DNA of 61,667 nt from a virus (IMGVR_UViG_3300020468_000006:1-61667), one strand, 5' to 3'; positions 33,701 to 38,574 are shown, counted from the stretch's first letter. Made by a program: numbers and translations. The notes: generated by a model not told the origin, from the letters alone.

Positions 33701-35445
33701 TACAAGGTACAATTATTAAGGAACCTGGTTTCACTGCTGTTGTTACTCAGTACCAAGCACCTGACCCTGCTGCTAACCCTCCAGTTCCACATAAGATGTG
33801 GATTGCAAACTTACTACCATATGGTACAGATTCAGATGGCAACCAAGTTACACCTGATGCTGCAGCACAACTTGTAGGACAAGGTACAGCACTTGGTAAG
33901 TTTGAGAACCTCAACAACTTCCCAATAATTCTTGCTGAAGCAAGTGGTGCTACTGAAACTAATGTAGAAGGTTATGGTAAAGTTTCTGGACTATATCAGA
34001 GTGGTGTTACAGGTAGAATTTGGTTAGAAGATGTTGTTGGAACATTCCCAACTAACTTAACAATCATTTCTGATAATGACTGGTCTGCAGGTGTAACACA
34101 ATCTAAAGAACTTCTTGGAAGATGTAACAGATTCTTCAGAGGATTTGATGGTACACAAACTACATTTAAACTTACTATTAATAATGGTGAAGCATACTTC
34201 CCAGATCCTGCAGGACACCTACTAACATTCGTTAATGGTATCTTACAACCACCTGGTGCAAACTTCGCATACACAGCGTTCTCTGATCAGATTCAGTTTA
34301 CTGAAGCACCTACAATCGGATCTGAGTTTATTGGATACTATGTTGGTAAGTTACGTCAGTTAGATGACATATCATTCGAGTTTGACTCCTTACGTTCATC
34401 CTTTAACTTACGTTACGCAGGTGGATTCTACTCACTAACACTAACTGAAGGTGTTAGTAGCTCTACTATACTTCCTGAAAACAATATTGTTGTTTCCCTG
34501 AATGGTGTTATTCAGGAACCAGGCGTAGGTTACGAACTAGTTGGTTCTAGAATAATCTTTGCTGAAGTTCCTCGTGCAGGATCTACATTCGTAGCATTCT
34601 CATACATTGGTTCTGACGCTGACGTTATCGCTGCTACTATCGTACCTCCTGTAGAAGCAGGTGACCTCTTACAAATCGAGGGTGAGAATGACGATCGTGA
34701 AGTTGCGTTGATCGAATCTTCTAACTCCTTAATTACTTTCGAGTACACAGGAACTGTTAAGGGACGTAACGCTGAAGCACTTTCAGCAATCACAACAGGT
34801 GAAATTAAGACAGCAATCATTACATCACCTGGTGACGGATATACCTCACGTCCAAACGTTGACGTTATTTCATCTTCTGGATTCGATGGACGTGTACGTG
34901 CGTTGATGGGTCTTCTAAGAGTTGATGTTAAGACTGCAGGTGTTGGATACTCTAGTCCTGTGGTTACTGTTGAGAATGTAGTTGAGGATGATTGGGTTGC
35001 ACCTGTAGGTCCTGCTGTTAACCAAGGTTTTGATACCTACGCAGGTGAAGGAACTGACAGTGAAGGTAACCCAATTGTAATTGTTCCAGGATTCATCAGA
35101 ATCACAACTCAACCAGTTAACGTAACAGTTAACCAAGGTCAGACTGCAGGATTTACTGTTATCAGTGAGTTTGTTAAAGCATCTGATGGACTAGTAGGAA
35201 CTACACCTCTTAACTATCAGTGGCAACGTAAGCAGTATGGTGAAACTAACTGGGCTAACATAACTGGTGCTACTGCTGCTCTCTATAGTTCTGCAAGTGC
35301 TGAACAGGCAGATGACGGTGATGAGTTCCGTGTTGCTATAACTGCTGCAGGTGCTTCACCAATTTACTCTAACTCTGTGATCCTCACAGTACAGACTGGT
35401 GCAACGATAGTCTCTAACTTTGTACCTACTCAATTGTTCCAATAA
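9703..35445 (+). CDS. gp7: giant baseplate wedge initiator gp7-like multidomain protein (8580 aa)
   Basis: Follows gp6. It has the N-terminal QLPDFI...FVSFLFEYYKSQE, IKDFYASKGT...LFKILFGEE and KIQDSYFYQNFSYVIKS...HPAGF motifs of cyanophage gp7. Accessory modules visible by eye: GxGY repeats, a YHYH-like domain, a beta-propeller-like region, two LamG domains, two CBM-like modules, helical repeats, nested beta repeats and a C-terminal Ig domain. Confidence 0.85.
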   Translation: MQTISSVNISDRVEGQLPDFIKQEDEQFVSFLFEYYKSQEKTGRPYDLLNNILTYLDIDAYDQKVLASSTELIKDVDTANSLIEVESIDGFMDRDGSVMIDNEVIYYEETVRGPDAILTPGLSLEEFNKKRQELESPFLDFDGVTTTFPLKFLGTPVSPVSAEHLAVIVYNQSMIPNVDYTISGTNITYTVAPRARIGTDIVGSTRILYYIGFADSVIKELVFPAPAGLAGQDSMTLGYDNLAYSPISEIGLIINRNGLLLSPYIDYVLTDNNTQIKYFVNIAPNDIFHIRSIEYVSPSVGTGAKAVTRVGLNGEIEAIQVKDGGKQYELNFAPKVSITSSTGTGRGSAARTLVAGIKNIQLINGGQGYTAYNPPKVLITPPTDQVNGSGAKASITVDDTTGQVSSIQITNSGSGYDFIPAISFVNPSGAIITDPTIDSEGRLNAGTITITDGGIGYSNPPTIYIDAAPTDGVDAVAECTVSPDGEIVAVTITNRGRGYTSAPRARVVQPIGAQVLDVTVANGSVTNVNLLTGGKGYTDAPSVYIVDDRKGPLGESIGGTGAEAAATIFNGEITDINIISFGTGYSTTEPPRVYIAEPLSAQSSCDVGFGEVTGFTILSSGREYQPSSLKGCARGVSEIVEFDKFGNQIYAKESQLRQSNHTTGAIVHNLDAKIITQVFDKFRRQYMPTINIDYTQVNPIQVIKTIKDFYASKGTKTAAQYLFKILFGEEVDIFYPRDELIKPSDASWVVDTILRAELISGDPANLSNAQLVQNADEVDQNIKDATVLIENVISIIEGTDVIYELAISEETLTGTFKIPYKTSLVEPLSTTGNIITVDSTIGWPEKNGTIIINDQETVQYKDKSLNQFIECTRSKNGVVEDWDPGTLVYSDIFVYVNQGLANEVKLRVLGIAEAGTTVLEDSGSYYLPGDKLNVAALGSTDIDERLQSWLYNVKKLISVTSITPGGINNQTATVVCSNAHGLLVEDQVTIYGANPAVYNGTFEVTSRLNDFTFSYNIPTPMDIVPQGNILLSVDLNRGKSQTSTINEVVSLFTSNIQNAFFNQDYVYVAASGLPNYKIGPFQGSAIIPGNQRKLLRFPRTVETISTRTAIGANNPIGAWVNGVSAWSYKSSEFVTFGPLTAINITNSGIDYDAGSKPALEITGGGGTGAAATVTVNGSLSNVEVLTEGTGYTSQPLISIVGGGGQGATAQAVVTNGRVTRILVENAGTGYTSQPTISITGGNGAGATATASVRGVISAVTLSSTGSGYTSTPTIKLNSGEGALAQPIVINGRIVSIAIINSGSAYTSAPTVYINGDGFGATATAVIGTLGEDKGKVISVSITNRGVGYTQGMTAVRMEAVGQLATFTADVFQWNKNVEYQLDPDPANPTATNADGSLKKRYDIARGYVFTGFNNQYGGEYAHVSDPKELRYVIGDNVFLNPETNRFQEVPSNIDHSPIIGWAFDGNPIYGPYAYIDPTDQNSGIRRMRSSYKIKTELIFDEDTNPTPARIDGPLLANYPAGYFVNDYTYTFQQGDLDQYNGRFCKTPDYPAGTYAYFITIDESDAGLPVFPYIIGSSFNSVVDTWNLSLNAVQENIPQDVARFRDPYVNVDIDIDRQPNQESDSFVTEKEGDLLIFEIEDIDGDAIISPAEIATLQAITEEAALQIYDYFPRVSAESRVDIEVDTTTKFESAQIDGFVVENAGVSYQVNDTLFFDNTGTDGFGASAIIESVQGRTISAYTKEIINDVPHGKITTATAHDLIAQDQIIVNSKVITDNTNKRYYTSVVTGIETITVTQTGIGYNTQIPPTYEIITTTGQDVAFNIVLDETTGKVGNVNIVNSGFGYDTANPPQIRVSHPQQYKKTYYWLSEYYEDTDKINIIDSKVATDRHIYICGELTQVNGDTSAFLAKFTDLGVLVWDRTLISVTTNKKARWKSMYLDQTSAENHLIYIIGETESQTTATYNPDILVAKYESGYDNANAPEGIVRWQKEIAGVSGSARRDYAGDIHLDDEQRVYICGWTDTNSPDPNDIWVMQLNNLGDVVEKRKFASDAEGEEMTQLYFIGNNKLLFTGIDSDNQDIIFGEMSYDGANIELTYTKRLAVSGGNVQRPRFVLDEWDDLFFICDMFNGTKNYGIAFFKIPLDQLSTNPSTPTYTYSKIIAPSGTFESINHAGINMDVFGNVSIVADLKYADNDRQAVVMNFKYDGTLLKSTNIADTNDIGMITRTHQVDNSGDVILTSNKQLPVQTYVARFENENDLDEDSTKQALVTTTFSTPANAAHNTSEYKFGAGSVKFSGGPTNMKAAGAGLTGKWTTEVWSLLTASHASNNPKVEMFTIDDATGNSLIVTVDGNASSGNLGKIEMTIAPQGGGGSTTASVGSTYWTTLQDAAWHHWAVVKDEPTLGSYSYSVYFDGIQVCTATVTTNIGLNDLYVGANKTTPATANCFLGSIDDLVIDPNTVYTGASFTVATERYRITSNDSKVNLIKFDRQHDKRGAYTAFSETTHTKALSFTETTAINVNTLSNPVITTWNVGASGLQILDYSDVSSQLTPGTYSFTSAIHQYASKTSTIPSPLGRKVKVTAVPMAKFYIRDAGYQKIDLVKEFTFNQAVKFTKGTLIQQKNEQGIIQAYGTIVEVPTGTLDNPGLGNKYKVGKIYGNFNNDTTDLYQNDTGEENTIDGVVFEQPRLQDQWVASKAYTTDTQVYNAGKIYKATNTATSGSTPPTHNIGIVTDGSVTWQYISAAGAIQVDLSEHPWPTPTETLWTANRSFSVNDLVYFARQKYKCTVAGVTSSVAPTHTTGTATDGTVTWEWQSTYDPLSSYARFRTYDPGDYAVKILEVYPESDFIVGDVISLGGSVTAGPNTDNPKIADINGVTTVKKLELTVRLDKDIVRTAETRTDLIYCSALIAHRFTAGDILFVTGFQGTQFDGSFFVEEIFSSRDYTYRMRANAVSDPTFDNNAIANVKISSKHPTLLLVRNHSYIFDLSDASNQGYFLSFSQDNQFKLEYSFNVIERSGTPGQSSTTETPTVKFTVGGEVTNITYYFDPSRTLSTNSPVGANSFIDVIKTPYDGTFTISNVISDTEFRFPLDQEPEFNSAEIGEDDQDRPNSFYSTTSTKAIGPINTIKLISAGGFYKKLPIVSDIASNRKIERIVIANGGTEYAPGVYTQVPIIGDGEGGLLNITVEIDQETDSGTITQVALIDPGSGYTTGSVDVDAIPGILGQTLSGSGAELTVVIPAEGTGASVFLTGTQIGKIKTLKNNEFGYGYSHDYTLRPEIAFPVNLQLFNTSILSQIKITNPGAGYTSSPVVVISGGGGTGADAEAIVKNNRLSEIIVKDPGSGYSSEPTVLLKSEFTYVVNLDLNYLQFNFPHGITTGAEVQFRAEDIGTTVGELPKPSSVGLTSLSSTQTYYAIAGDANSLESDQLRFALTPADSASGNFITFLTQGEGRQVLLTQVFGGTASAVVETSRFLASEQVFQGESFELANAFGTVSTNDGWQIGPKILKVVNPTGDFVAGGKVQGVISRASGIIDNVQIAKGILNIDALTRTSGRFIDDVGKPSEIVQKIQDSYFYQNFSYVIKSQIPINRWKKQVLENNHPAGFNMFGQLELTGGKDVSGRKIGTEFTKQVNINEYTNVNQITSFGAAQPIYSTFNNSEVLFRKKRLTNSEEILTSIVKKLDNISSQFDGSTKAFNLTVEGDQVIIKENQMLVTLNGVIQSPGTAYQIVGNQIVFAEPPRPDSKVVYRNVDIQILQITKLNLNTIGGIFPSIGDFVSGFTSNASARVVATGATSIDVIDITGGPFQNNERIDVNRTGFSALIGSFAPINQDTIFEFAETVTKVSLTAETAKIEETNLDLDGNIDSSLVLSKTSGTAEFETGVYNILLNDFIYSSASNIAAKIVSISPYRDPISSIQLTSGAAFLEGDQVTGGNSGAVAEVVRVDDALNPPVLYFVAKSVASFVSGETITAGAINDIVVGDITRGDVVDTLIINKGSSFFGLVFERLISLSNQNIILDNIAQTTITPTTLTNAADRINADFLDYEEVRSTEIEYNNLSGGALANDDVMRSVNVTYGNTTDDALNRYKDAARSIRNNKQEIIDYATSQIAIDYPDFYYTGEAETAPWGRFRDGYRLIQKNKAWIVAKAYQDMVVQYPGSTIPSATKCKRDIGYMIDALSRDTGWGGTVYTRKFIQKYFSADGLTYLYVNAQSNETVYAYEQAYGYMQNAIQNDLTGSETIDAVAYTKYNERTSGPNNNSGITADPNPGGNYGTTGTNTTNNGTDNCADVQAALQTLFNNVKEVLNAGSLTDLIDLSLPDANYTAKEIKCNRDTGYFVDAIADDLDGDGNFAIVTFTKKFFDASGIPINNGLPETEEAITAFNAAKDLCKRAMRNLLYSQTLTTKGYNLNDPTTYSAPYLDGGGGTTAHYYDPNYASGSNQLDTNCANVASAIDTLSNLATTAFTGAQFTASGATYNAATGVMVLTIGTHSLTTADTVRIDANSLTFTCLMDGNTANKTYPRSTDPAYETQRAITATTNNTITINVGTSPLVNHDVTGANYNVTSGDLQLTIGAHNLEVGTSIKIATESLTFQCAYNGGGTSVYPRASGANTSSGADYAYDTALPITSKTGTTITVNVNGGQGAISNTDAHTFVSATAGAVVSGGNYAHTFVSGVANSIKAGGNLDNINALSVISDGTYRENENIRVNKYAYKDRGGSGFFVPGDTITGAKSGASFELKGANSGLKWLYAQTVSGILENREYITNTKMVNNLGGSNVNMTPSSAAYDPLTGQLTLTSTAHGYSVGNKISLANNCLTFSCDMDGGNASKTYPRTTDPVGQGQQLDIIRTTADTFTVVVGSSPIVEKNITGANYDPVLGEMQINVEGGHNLNVGESIRLKPNSLVFTCDTDGNATEHSYPRASGAGNPSGGADPAYNTAVAITAVGFNTYTVTDATYTPLDGSLVLSIVNHGMQSGDKIKIVDGSIRFTCAKDNNATNHDYPRTSDPISYQWYDITVLDDNNIGVNVGVSSDTSVHTFVSANSNGVQKQDGTIFINVLGGSAPASDTSPHTFIRATEGALMTGGGYTHQFVSAVTNGVTVYPASVRLTNTQKRAGTKSLAFDSGAYLSYGLSDIPAWGTSDFTIEFWIRPTTAMNSTKYLVDLRTSGATETNSFSLYIDSGNLKWKLNQTDQISGAHGMSPNVWYHIALTRTSQILKLWVNGSQVGSDYTDAATYYERKMTIGAEWNGQNNFVGFMDNFVIYPTTSKYTATFTPPTVFPTSTTDISFSMDNELPLIMSNQEAYATYTGTTNSAAQATSIDYVNREVIVEEIEISRDTQRACADILELNRAWIAETAVNKMKAKYPDLLMPGDTADGVGPQLGTNFCLRDTKEFILKGVIEDLRYGGNYNSTLAARNYLTAYEGLDYIANEVLMSIYTYRLLAPICNYVLTTTSTDLKTYDGTKYTEILRIPNNFSSPAAQSIQDEITKLCDDIGDVIGPTGQRYRDAGDLLWLNRDVIAAETVGWLEATYQANINGTTYDFYQNPNANPNKCSYEIKQYIIPAVIADLVTGGTSAMQYNASKFLNNNNELYSVDNELSAVIDAYKFVKMLCEKAVNNTLLTNGVASGGLGIPSAYQDDYYTMQYTTLTVYRDPTITIDPEGYDPSRTANDRLLDTAELLEKNANVIAWEAVHTMNDLSKFLNFTVPGGAQNCVDDVVDIIGAVGHDLRKGGNSKTYEAAKLYLDSETNNLIQLNGRQHTHQFVRAELNAIQSGGTYNHTFVTSSTNAVTANGGAQFTPSNVVYQPATGNLILTMPSHGLTTSNTITIAENGFTFTCGMDQDESNHTYPRKGDPAYGKSIAITGYTLSTITVNVGASPLVNYNVSQASYDATNGELILSIGAHQLAVGKSFRFKQESLVFTCDRDDYATEHAYPRSTDPTFDTAVDISAVGTTAHTATSAAYDPSTGVMTLTLNGHNLAGETTHTATDAAYNPETGILTLTVGNHGFASGDSVKLADNSVTFTCTLDSNATNHAYPRSTDPASGSFLPIRNVTQNTFDVQILETIPSTNVTAHTFVSATTNGITKANDYVWIEEDAVVFTCGQDGNGSNHAYPRPQDPAYKAWLPITRIDANNFSVQTLSTAPSTNTTPHVFVSFATDGLKKQTGTITCNVGVAPGEDAAGISVIKIATEIAQLTMRNAFGRENLYIYNPDAGTGDGDGITGGGSESIDNVDVSSYERNAVKDRFINAADVIDRNIRVIAEETIAAAKAQYPSLQIPGGNINCVHDLTDFLYAIQWNLRHGGNNKVFHAAEYYVNEGLTHATEATWIMNYARDLAIQVMRNESLALNYGADPSYDTAIDIVDIASTSHTATNAAYNASTGLLTLTISGHGFDVGNRINIADNSLTLTCSMDNQRSNHVYPRSTDPVSGQWLPIISKTNDTFVVNVGTSRLIKFTPTQVIYEPNTGNLILTIGPHKLTTGTNIKILGNSLTFTCTQDANATNHTYPRTTDPIYDEPVAIVGTTANTVTVNVGTSVIKNYDIHGANFNHTTGNIVLSVGPHDFRTGQSVKLATSSLVFRCDEDAQATDHVYPRASAPNGPDPAWNTSINIDAVGYTQHTPTNATYNSSTGVVQLTLANHGLTGHTTHTPTNAVFTPADGKMVVTLANHGFANNDRVKLAIGAITFTCALDNNATLHPYPRQYGSNAPGGSDYAFDKWIQVTNVTQDTFEINVGISSNTTTHTFISALTNGLTHAGDMVKVAENALTFTCTKDGNSANKSYPRTSDPSYDEWLPVTKIDNNTISIVVGDSGPNDQYTHSFVSFASNGLWKQDGTITLDVNDGSGAISNQTNHVFQYAVSGALITGGNYTHTFKSATAGAVQTGGNYTHEFVSATANGIKRQDPAGNVTLQVGTSGPNDQYTHAFVSANSGALITGGNYQHRFVTAESQAVITGGNYLHTFVSAATNAVAVGGSPTNLTPNGATYDGETGKLVLSFASAHNLTNSNTITIADNGLNFSCTFDGNSTVHGYPRSTDYASGQVLQVTEWTTNTITVNVTTTPIVNYDVTNATYDAGTGHLVLDIGSVGVATLKGPTAGLTATDASYDPSTGVMTLTVTGHNMANGDRVNIADNSLTFTCTQGSGNHSYPRSSDPASGNWLDISNVTTNTFDVQVLENIPSTNTTTHTFVSAVNGGITKAGENIRVRTDSLTFTCSQDDYATTHTYPRAKDPAFDRPVPIVAKSGSTITVDVGQSPIVAYTPTNATYDPATGFLVLTIGAHSLVNGTTAKLAPNSLTFTCSRDGNTAQKTYPRSGHKFKQSFYNDLDYYPYNKGDYVITADTESPLCADVASAITTMMAIVTDSIATPASLTDGTITKTLPTIWPVKYAPEMVERDVSITYYADAGDNWNQTCPNSAAAIESLMNIVVDTIKLAKDGGGSHLDAIEKVEPWTFNRQYQTWTCYNVKSSIHTLFDVLMKTLSGGSKSDLKSARHILFNKHAITARAYERTTNQYPGTAATLQFADDMVHSLLYDLNTGGNQGMLKLVNSWFDGEGNFIAFQDVVRQHLLFYTTRIREYVKRALYDQNNTTQWDGYDIYKDTTNTAAIDARFEYEWESTEFRIDSSLNLAYHGLNRSAPPSNNQVTFINSTDATNLQNLYDEGEDYNTDPELVLLTPTIEVGFERRESVVRITRPNFFSRGDIVAYIPASGQIEPALQDQDYYYVLNATAEWFEIAREIRHDARYRLFEVDRNLTGQQRVQTVVRQGIIVPTATYAMRDLDQPISAGFNTADILIGATSNATSEVIRIRNNEADIIKLYYKYNIDAATGRFTNGETIQQQGATSNNAVVVQTSVLTGDGTDEGWIYVESLNGALSDNAVMEGVTSGLTASINGTPTTRMLINLNRGQFAAGEKVFNKSNAATADIVSYENSAGALVGNTGGRITIDIETIQEDFTDGDIIYGSITDTILDIANITAGGFEALELNQYVHAVSTIELDISSVVRDGGYNGDFSAGDTVYLLQGTIIKEPGFTAVVTQYQAPDPAANPPVPHKMWIANLLPYGTDSDGNQVTPDAAAQLVGQGTALGKFENLNNFPIILAEASGATETNVEGYGKVSGLYQSGVTGRIWLEDVVGTFPTNLTIISDNDWSAGVTQSKELLGRCNRFFRGFDGTQTTFKLTINNGEAYFPDPAGHLLTFVNGILQPPGANFAYTAFSDQIQFTEAPTIGSEFIGYYVGKLRQLDDISFEFDSLRSSFNLRYAGGFYSLTLTEGVSSSTILPENNIVVSLNGVIQEPGVGYELVGSRIIFAEVPRAGSTFVAFSYIGSDADVIAATIVPPVEAGDLLQIEGENDDREVALIESSNSLITFEYTGTVKGRNAEALSAITTGEIKTAIITSPGDGYTSRPNVDVISSSGFDGRVRALMGLLRVDVKTAGVGYSSPVVTVENVVEDDWVAPVGPAVNQGFDTYAGEGTDSEGNPIVIVPGFIRITTQPVNVTVNQGQTAGFTVISEFVKASDGLVGTTPLNYQWQRKQYGETNWANITGATAALYSSASAEQADDGDEFRVAITAAGASPIYSNSVILTVQTGATIVSNFVPTQLFQ
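21937..32400 (+). repeat. about 7 helical phycobiliprotein-like repeats within gp7
   Basis: Recurrent pattern R..DA...I..N...I...A......YP....PG...C.RD......A...DL..GG, with a closing helix C..V..AI..L. Confidence 0.6.
23080..31593 (+). repeat. 18 nested ~100-aa beta-module repeats in four clusters within gp7
   Basis: Each module reads A.Y...TG...L....H......I....L.F.C..D.....H.YPR..DP...I...T..V.VG...H.FVSA. The clusters are at 23080-23727 (2 modules), 24004-24978 (3), 26941-28197 (4) and 28711-31593 (9). Confidence 0.9.
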
Positions 35446-35448
35446 ATA
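35442..35448 (+). promoter_or_regulatory. late promoter (ATAAATA)
   Basis: Overlaps the gp7 stop codon, directly before the ORF at 35453. Confidence 0.6.
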
Positions 35449-35452
35449 AAAC

Positions 35453-37048
35453 ATGGCTGCTACATCGACATACAATTCAGGAACTAAAAACATCACAGTA
35501 GATGGAGATGGATTACCCAATCCAGTATTGTATGGAACGTTCCCTAATGCAAATAATCCTAGTTCTGTAACGGAGCAGGATTTTGAGCATACCTTTTATT
35601 ATAGAGGTGGTACATTTGGTGTTAGTAGAACATTTGATGATGCTAATTTTGCACAGACTGGATTTGTAATTACTATTAGTATATCTACTGCAGACAATGC
35701 TTTGTTAGGTTCTAGTATTCAGGTAGGAGATAGAGTATTATTCATATTAGATGCAGGAACAGCTAACGAGAAGAAGCAAGTATTTAAGTATACTGGTACA
35801 CAACAGACTGTTGCATCTGGTGAGTTTTGGAGAGCAACATCTAACACATTAGAATTAATTGTAGATTATACAAGATCAGCATATTCAGGAACCTATACTT
35901 ATTACGATCAAAGAAATGGAAGAGCAGCTACACCTTTAGGTGCTATTGGTATTGCTTCTAATGGCGTTGTATTTTTTAATCCTAGTGCAGGAGCAGGTGG
36001 TAACCCTCCTACAGGATTTAACTGGAATGCACACTTCCCTGACTCTCCTGTAAACTTTGGAGATGACTCATGTGGCGGGCATCCTGAACAGACAGGACAG
36101 TATCATTATCACGATACAGACTTTATATCATGTTGGAAAGCTAACTCTGTAATGGCATCATACAATGACTATTATGGATCAAGTCAGTATAACGGTGACA
36201 ACTTAAGACACCCAGACGGTCATTCCAAAATGCTAGGTTTAGCATTTGATGGTTTCCCTGTATATGGTCCTCATTGCTATAGTAATCCTTGGTTAAATTC
36301 ATCAGACCTAACTTTAGCAAGTACATCATATAGAGTGAAATCAGAAGAAGCTGTTGGTAGACCCACATATGGAACTAGTCAACAGAATCCTCCAGCTGGT
36401 TCATTAATTCAGGACTGGGAATATCAAGAGGGGCTAGGAATGCTAGACTATCATAATGGTAGATTCTGTGTAACACCTGAGTTCCCTGATGGTACCTATG
36501 CTTATTTCTTATCTACATCATATGACAGTGAAAATAATCTGGTTGCTGAGTTTCCATATTTACTAGGAATTACTAGTAGAGAGGCATTAAACCAACCAGC
36601 CAACAATGGTGCTGCTACACCACCTGCACCACCTTCAGGAGGAGGTGCTCCACCTCCAGCAACAATTTTGATTGGTGCTCAACCTCAGTCAGCTACTGTA
36701 GCTGCAAATGCTTCTGTCACCTTTACTACTACAGTGTCAATCAGCCCTCAAGATGGACCGAAGACATACCAGTGGTACAGGTCTACTGACGGTGGTTACT
36801 CCTTTGCTGTTCTTACTGGAGCTACAGCAAACTCTTTGACATTCACAGCACTTGCATACATGTCTGGATATAAATTCAGATGCGTGATTGCAGGTCCTGT
36901 AGGTGGTACTGCTGCTACCAACTCTCCTCTAACAACTGACGTTGCGACTCTCACTGTGACAGGTGGTGGCGGTGGTCAGACAGCTGAGGACTTCTCAAGT
37001 ACCAACGTTTCGTTGGATACTACTGGCATATCCTTCGATGCCACATAA
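35453..37048 (+). CDS. YHYH-domain virion protein with C-terminal Ig-like domain
   Basis: GAIGIASNGVVFFNP, DSCGGHP..TGQYHYH, GHSKMLGLAFDGFPVYGP and LDYHNGRF..TPEFPDGTYAY, then a Pro-rich linker and an Ig pattern QPQS...YQWYRS...FRCVI. Confidence 0.85.
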   Translation: MAATSTYNSGTKNITVDGDGLPNPVLYGTFPNANNPSSVTEQDFEHTFYYRGGTFGVSRTFDDANFAQTGFVITISISTADNALLGSSIQVGDRVLFILDAGTANEKKQVFKYTGTQQTVASGEFWRATSNTLELIVDYTRSAYSGTYTYYDQRNGRAATPLGAIGIASNGVVFFNPSAGAGGNPPTGFNWNAHFPDSPVNFGDDSCGGHPEQTGQYHYHDTDFISCWKANSVMASYNDYYGSSQYNGDNLRHPDGHSKMLGLAFDGFPVYGPHCYSNPWLNSSDLTLASTSYRVKSEEAVGRPTYGTSQQNPPAGSLIQDWEYQEGLGMLDYHNGRFCVTPEFPDGTYAYFLSTSYDSENNLVAEFPYLLGITSREALNQPANNGAATPPAPPSGGGAPPPATILIGAQPQSATVAANASVTFTTTVSISPQDGPKTYQWYRSTDGGYSFAVLTGATANSLTFTALAYMSGYKFRCVIAGPVGGTAATNSPLTTDVATLTVTGGGGGQTAEDFSSTNVSLDTTGISFDAT

Positions 37049-37051
37049 ATA
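37045..37051 (+). promoter_or_regulatory. late promoter (ATAAATA)
   Basis: Lies at the stop of the YHYH gene, 23 bp before the next ATG. Confidence 0.7.
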
Positions 37052-37073
37052 AAACTGTACAAACTGTAAAAAA

Positions 37074-38573
37074 ATGGCTAAACAATCAGTTGGTATTGGA
37101 TCTTCGGCAAATGATGGCACAGGTGATACCCTGCGTGATGGTGCGATTAAAGTAAATTCCAACTTTGACGAATTATATACAGCCTTAGGTAACGATACAT
37201 CAATCCAAGTTGATATCAGTGGGTCTCCTGCTGATGGACAAGTATTAAAGTGGTCTTCCAGCCCTAGTGGAGCATTTCGTGCGAGTGATTATAACTTGCT
37301 AAGCTCTGATCTTGATACAAATGGCAATCAGATAGTCTCTGACGGGACAGATGCTATTACAATCAAACAAACTGGAACAGGTAATATCAATTTATGGGCT
37401 GGTGGATCTGGATCTGCATACAGTTATGTTGATGGTAGTGATGGATATTTTAAATGGTATGCACCATATGCAACAGAGGGAGACCTTCCCAATGCAACAA
37501 ACCATCATGGTATGTTTGCACATGCACATGCTACTGGTAAAGGATATTTTGCACACAGTGCTGCTTGGGTTCCTCTCATCTCAGAGAACAGCAGTGTTAG
37601 TTTATTGAGTGATGTTGATACAACTATAAACGGTGGTCCTAGTGATGGTCAGGTTCTTAAGTGGGTAGCATCAACATCTAAATGGTCACCTGCTAACGAT
37701 GAGCAAGGAACTGGTGGTAGTGGTGGAACTACACAAAACTTATTTGAGACAGTTAATGGAGATACAGGCACAACAACTGCATCTGCTGCTAACGACACAT
37801 TAATAATCGCAGGTGGAACCAATATCACTACGTCTATTACAGGCGATACACTGACTATTGACATGACAGGTGCATTAGGTGCCCCTGATCAGAACCTATT
37901 CTCAACAATTAATGCTGACAATGGTGGTACTAGTGCTACTGTAACTACAGACTCTATTACATTTGCAGGTGGTACAGGAGTTTCGACCAACCTGAATGCA
38001 GGTACTATCACCATAACAAACACATCACCTAACGTAACACAGAGTTTATTTTCTACTGTTGCTGGTGACACGGGTTCTCAGGCTGCAGGAAGTGCAACTA
38101 CCACACTAACAATAGCTGGTGGTACTGGTGCTACTACTGCACAGTCTGGTGATACACTGACAGTTAACGTTGATAATCCTCTCCCAGGTGGTTCAGGAGG
38201 ACAGAATTTATTTTATGATGGAGCAGCTAGTGCATGGGCAACTAGTGCATCTCCTACAATATGGTATTCAGTAGGTTCTAACGGTGCAAGTTCATATAGG
38301 TTTACAGGACCAGGTTTATCATCTGCAACTGATAATCCTACAATCTATGTCTATAGAGGGTTTACATATAGATTCTACAATACGACTGGATCAAGTCACC
38401 CATTTGAGATAAGAGTTTCATCCCAAGGAGCTGCGGTTACTAGTGGTATTAGTGGTTCTATAACAGGCACATTAATATACACAGTTCCAATGACTGTTGC
38501 TGCAGGAACGACATACAAGTATCAGTGTACTATCCATGAGACTAACATGGTTGGCGACATAGTGGTGGTGTAA
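37074..38573 (+). CDS. gp9/gp10-like fibre or baseplate connector with C-terminal cupredoxin-like domain
   Basis: The N-terminus KQSVGIGSSANDGTGDTLRDGAIKVNSNFDELY is the T4 gp9/gp10 N-terminal motif. It also has DGQVLKW repeats, three QNLF.T...D.G repeats, and a C-terminal HPF...YQCTIH..MVG. Confidence 0.8.
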   Translation: MAKQSVGIGSSANDGTGDTLRDGAIKVNSNFDELYTALGNDTSIQVDISGSPADGQVLKWSSSPSGAFRASDYNLLSSDLDTNGNQIVSDGTDAITIKQTGTGNINLWAGGSGSAYSYVDGSDGYFKWYAPYATEGDLPNATNHHGMFAHAHATGKGYFAHSAAWVPLISENSSVSLLSDVDTTINGGPSDGQVLKWVASTSKWSPANDEQGTGGSGGTTQNLFETVNGDTGTTTASAANDTLIIAGGTNITTSITGDTLTIDMTGALGAPDQNLFSTINADNGGTSATVTTDSITFAGGTGVSTNLNAGTITITNTSPNVTQSLFSTVAGDTGSQAAGSATTTLTIAGGTGATTAQSGDTLTVNVDNPLPGGSGGQNLFYDGAASAWATSASPTIWYSVGSNGASSYRFTGPGLSSATDNPTIYVYRGFTYRFYNTTGSSHPFEIRVSSQGAAVTSGISGSITGTLIYTVPMTVAAGTTYKYQCTIHETNMVGDIVVV

Positions 38574-38574
38574 T

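Noticed and set aside
9703-35445. Giant ORF as an assembly artefact, or as intein- or intron-containing
   Set aside because: The repeat copies are divergent and their nesting balances, which a collapsed or expanded assembly would not produce. I saw no intein splice or LAGLIDADG motifs. Read-level confirmation is still desirable.
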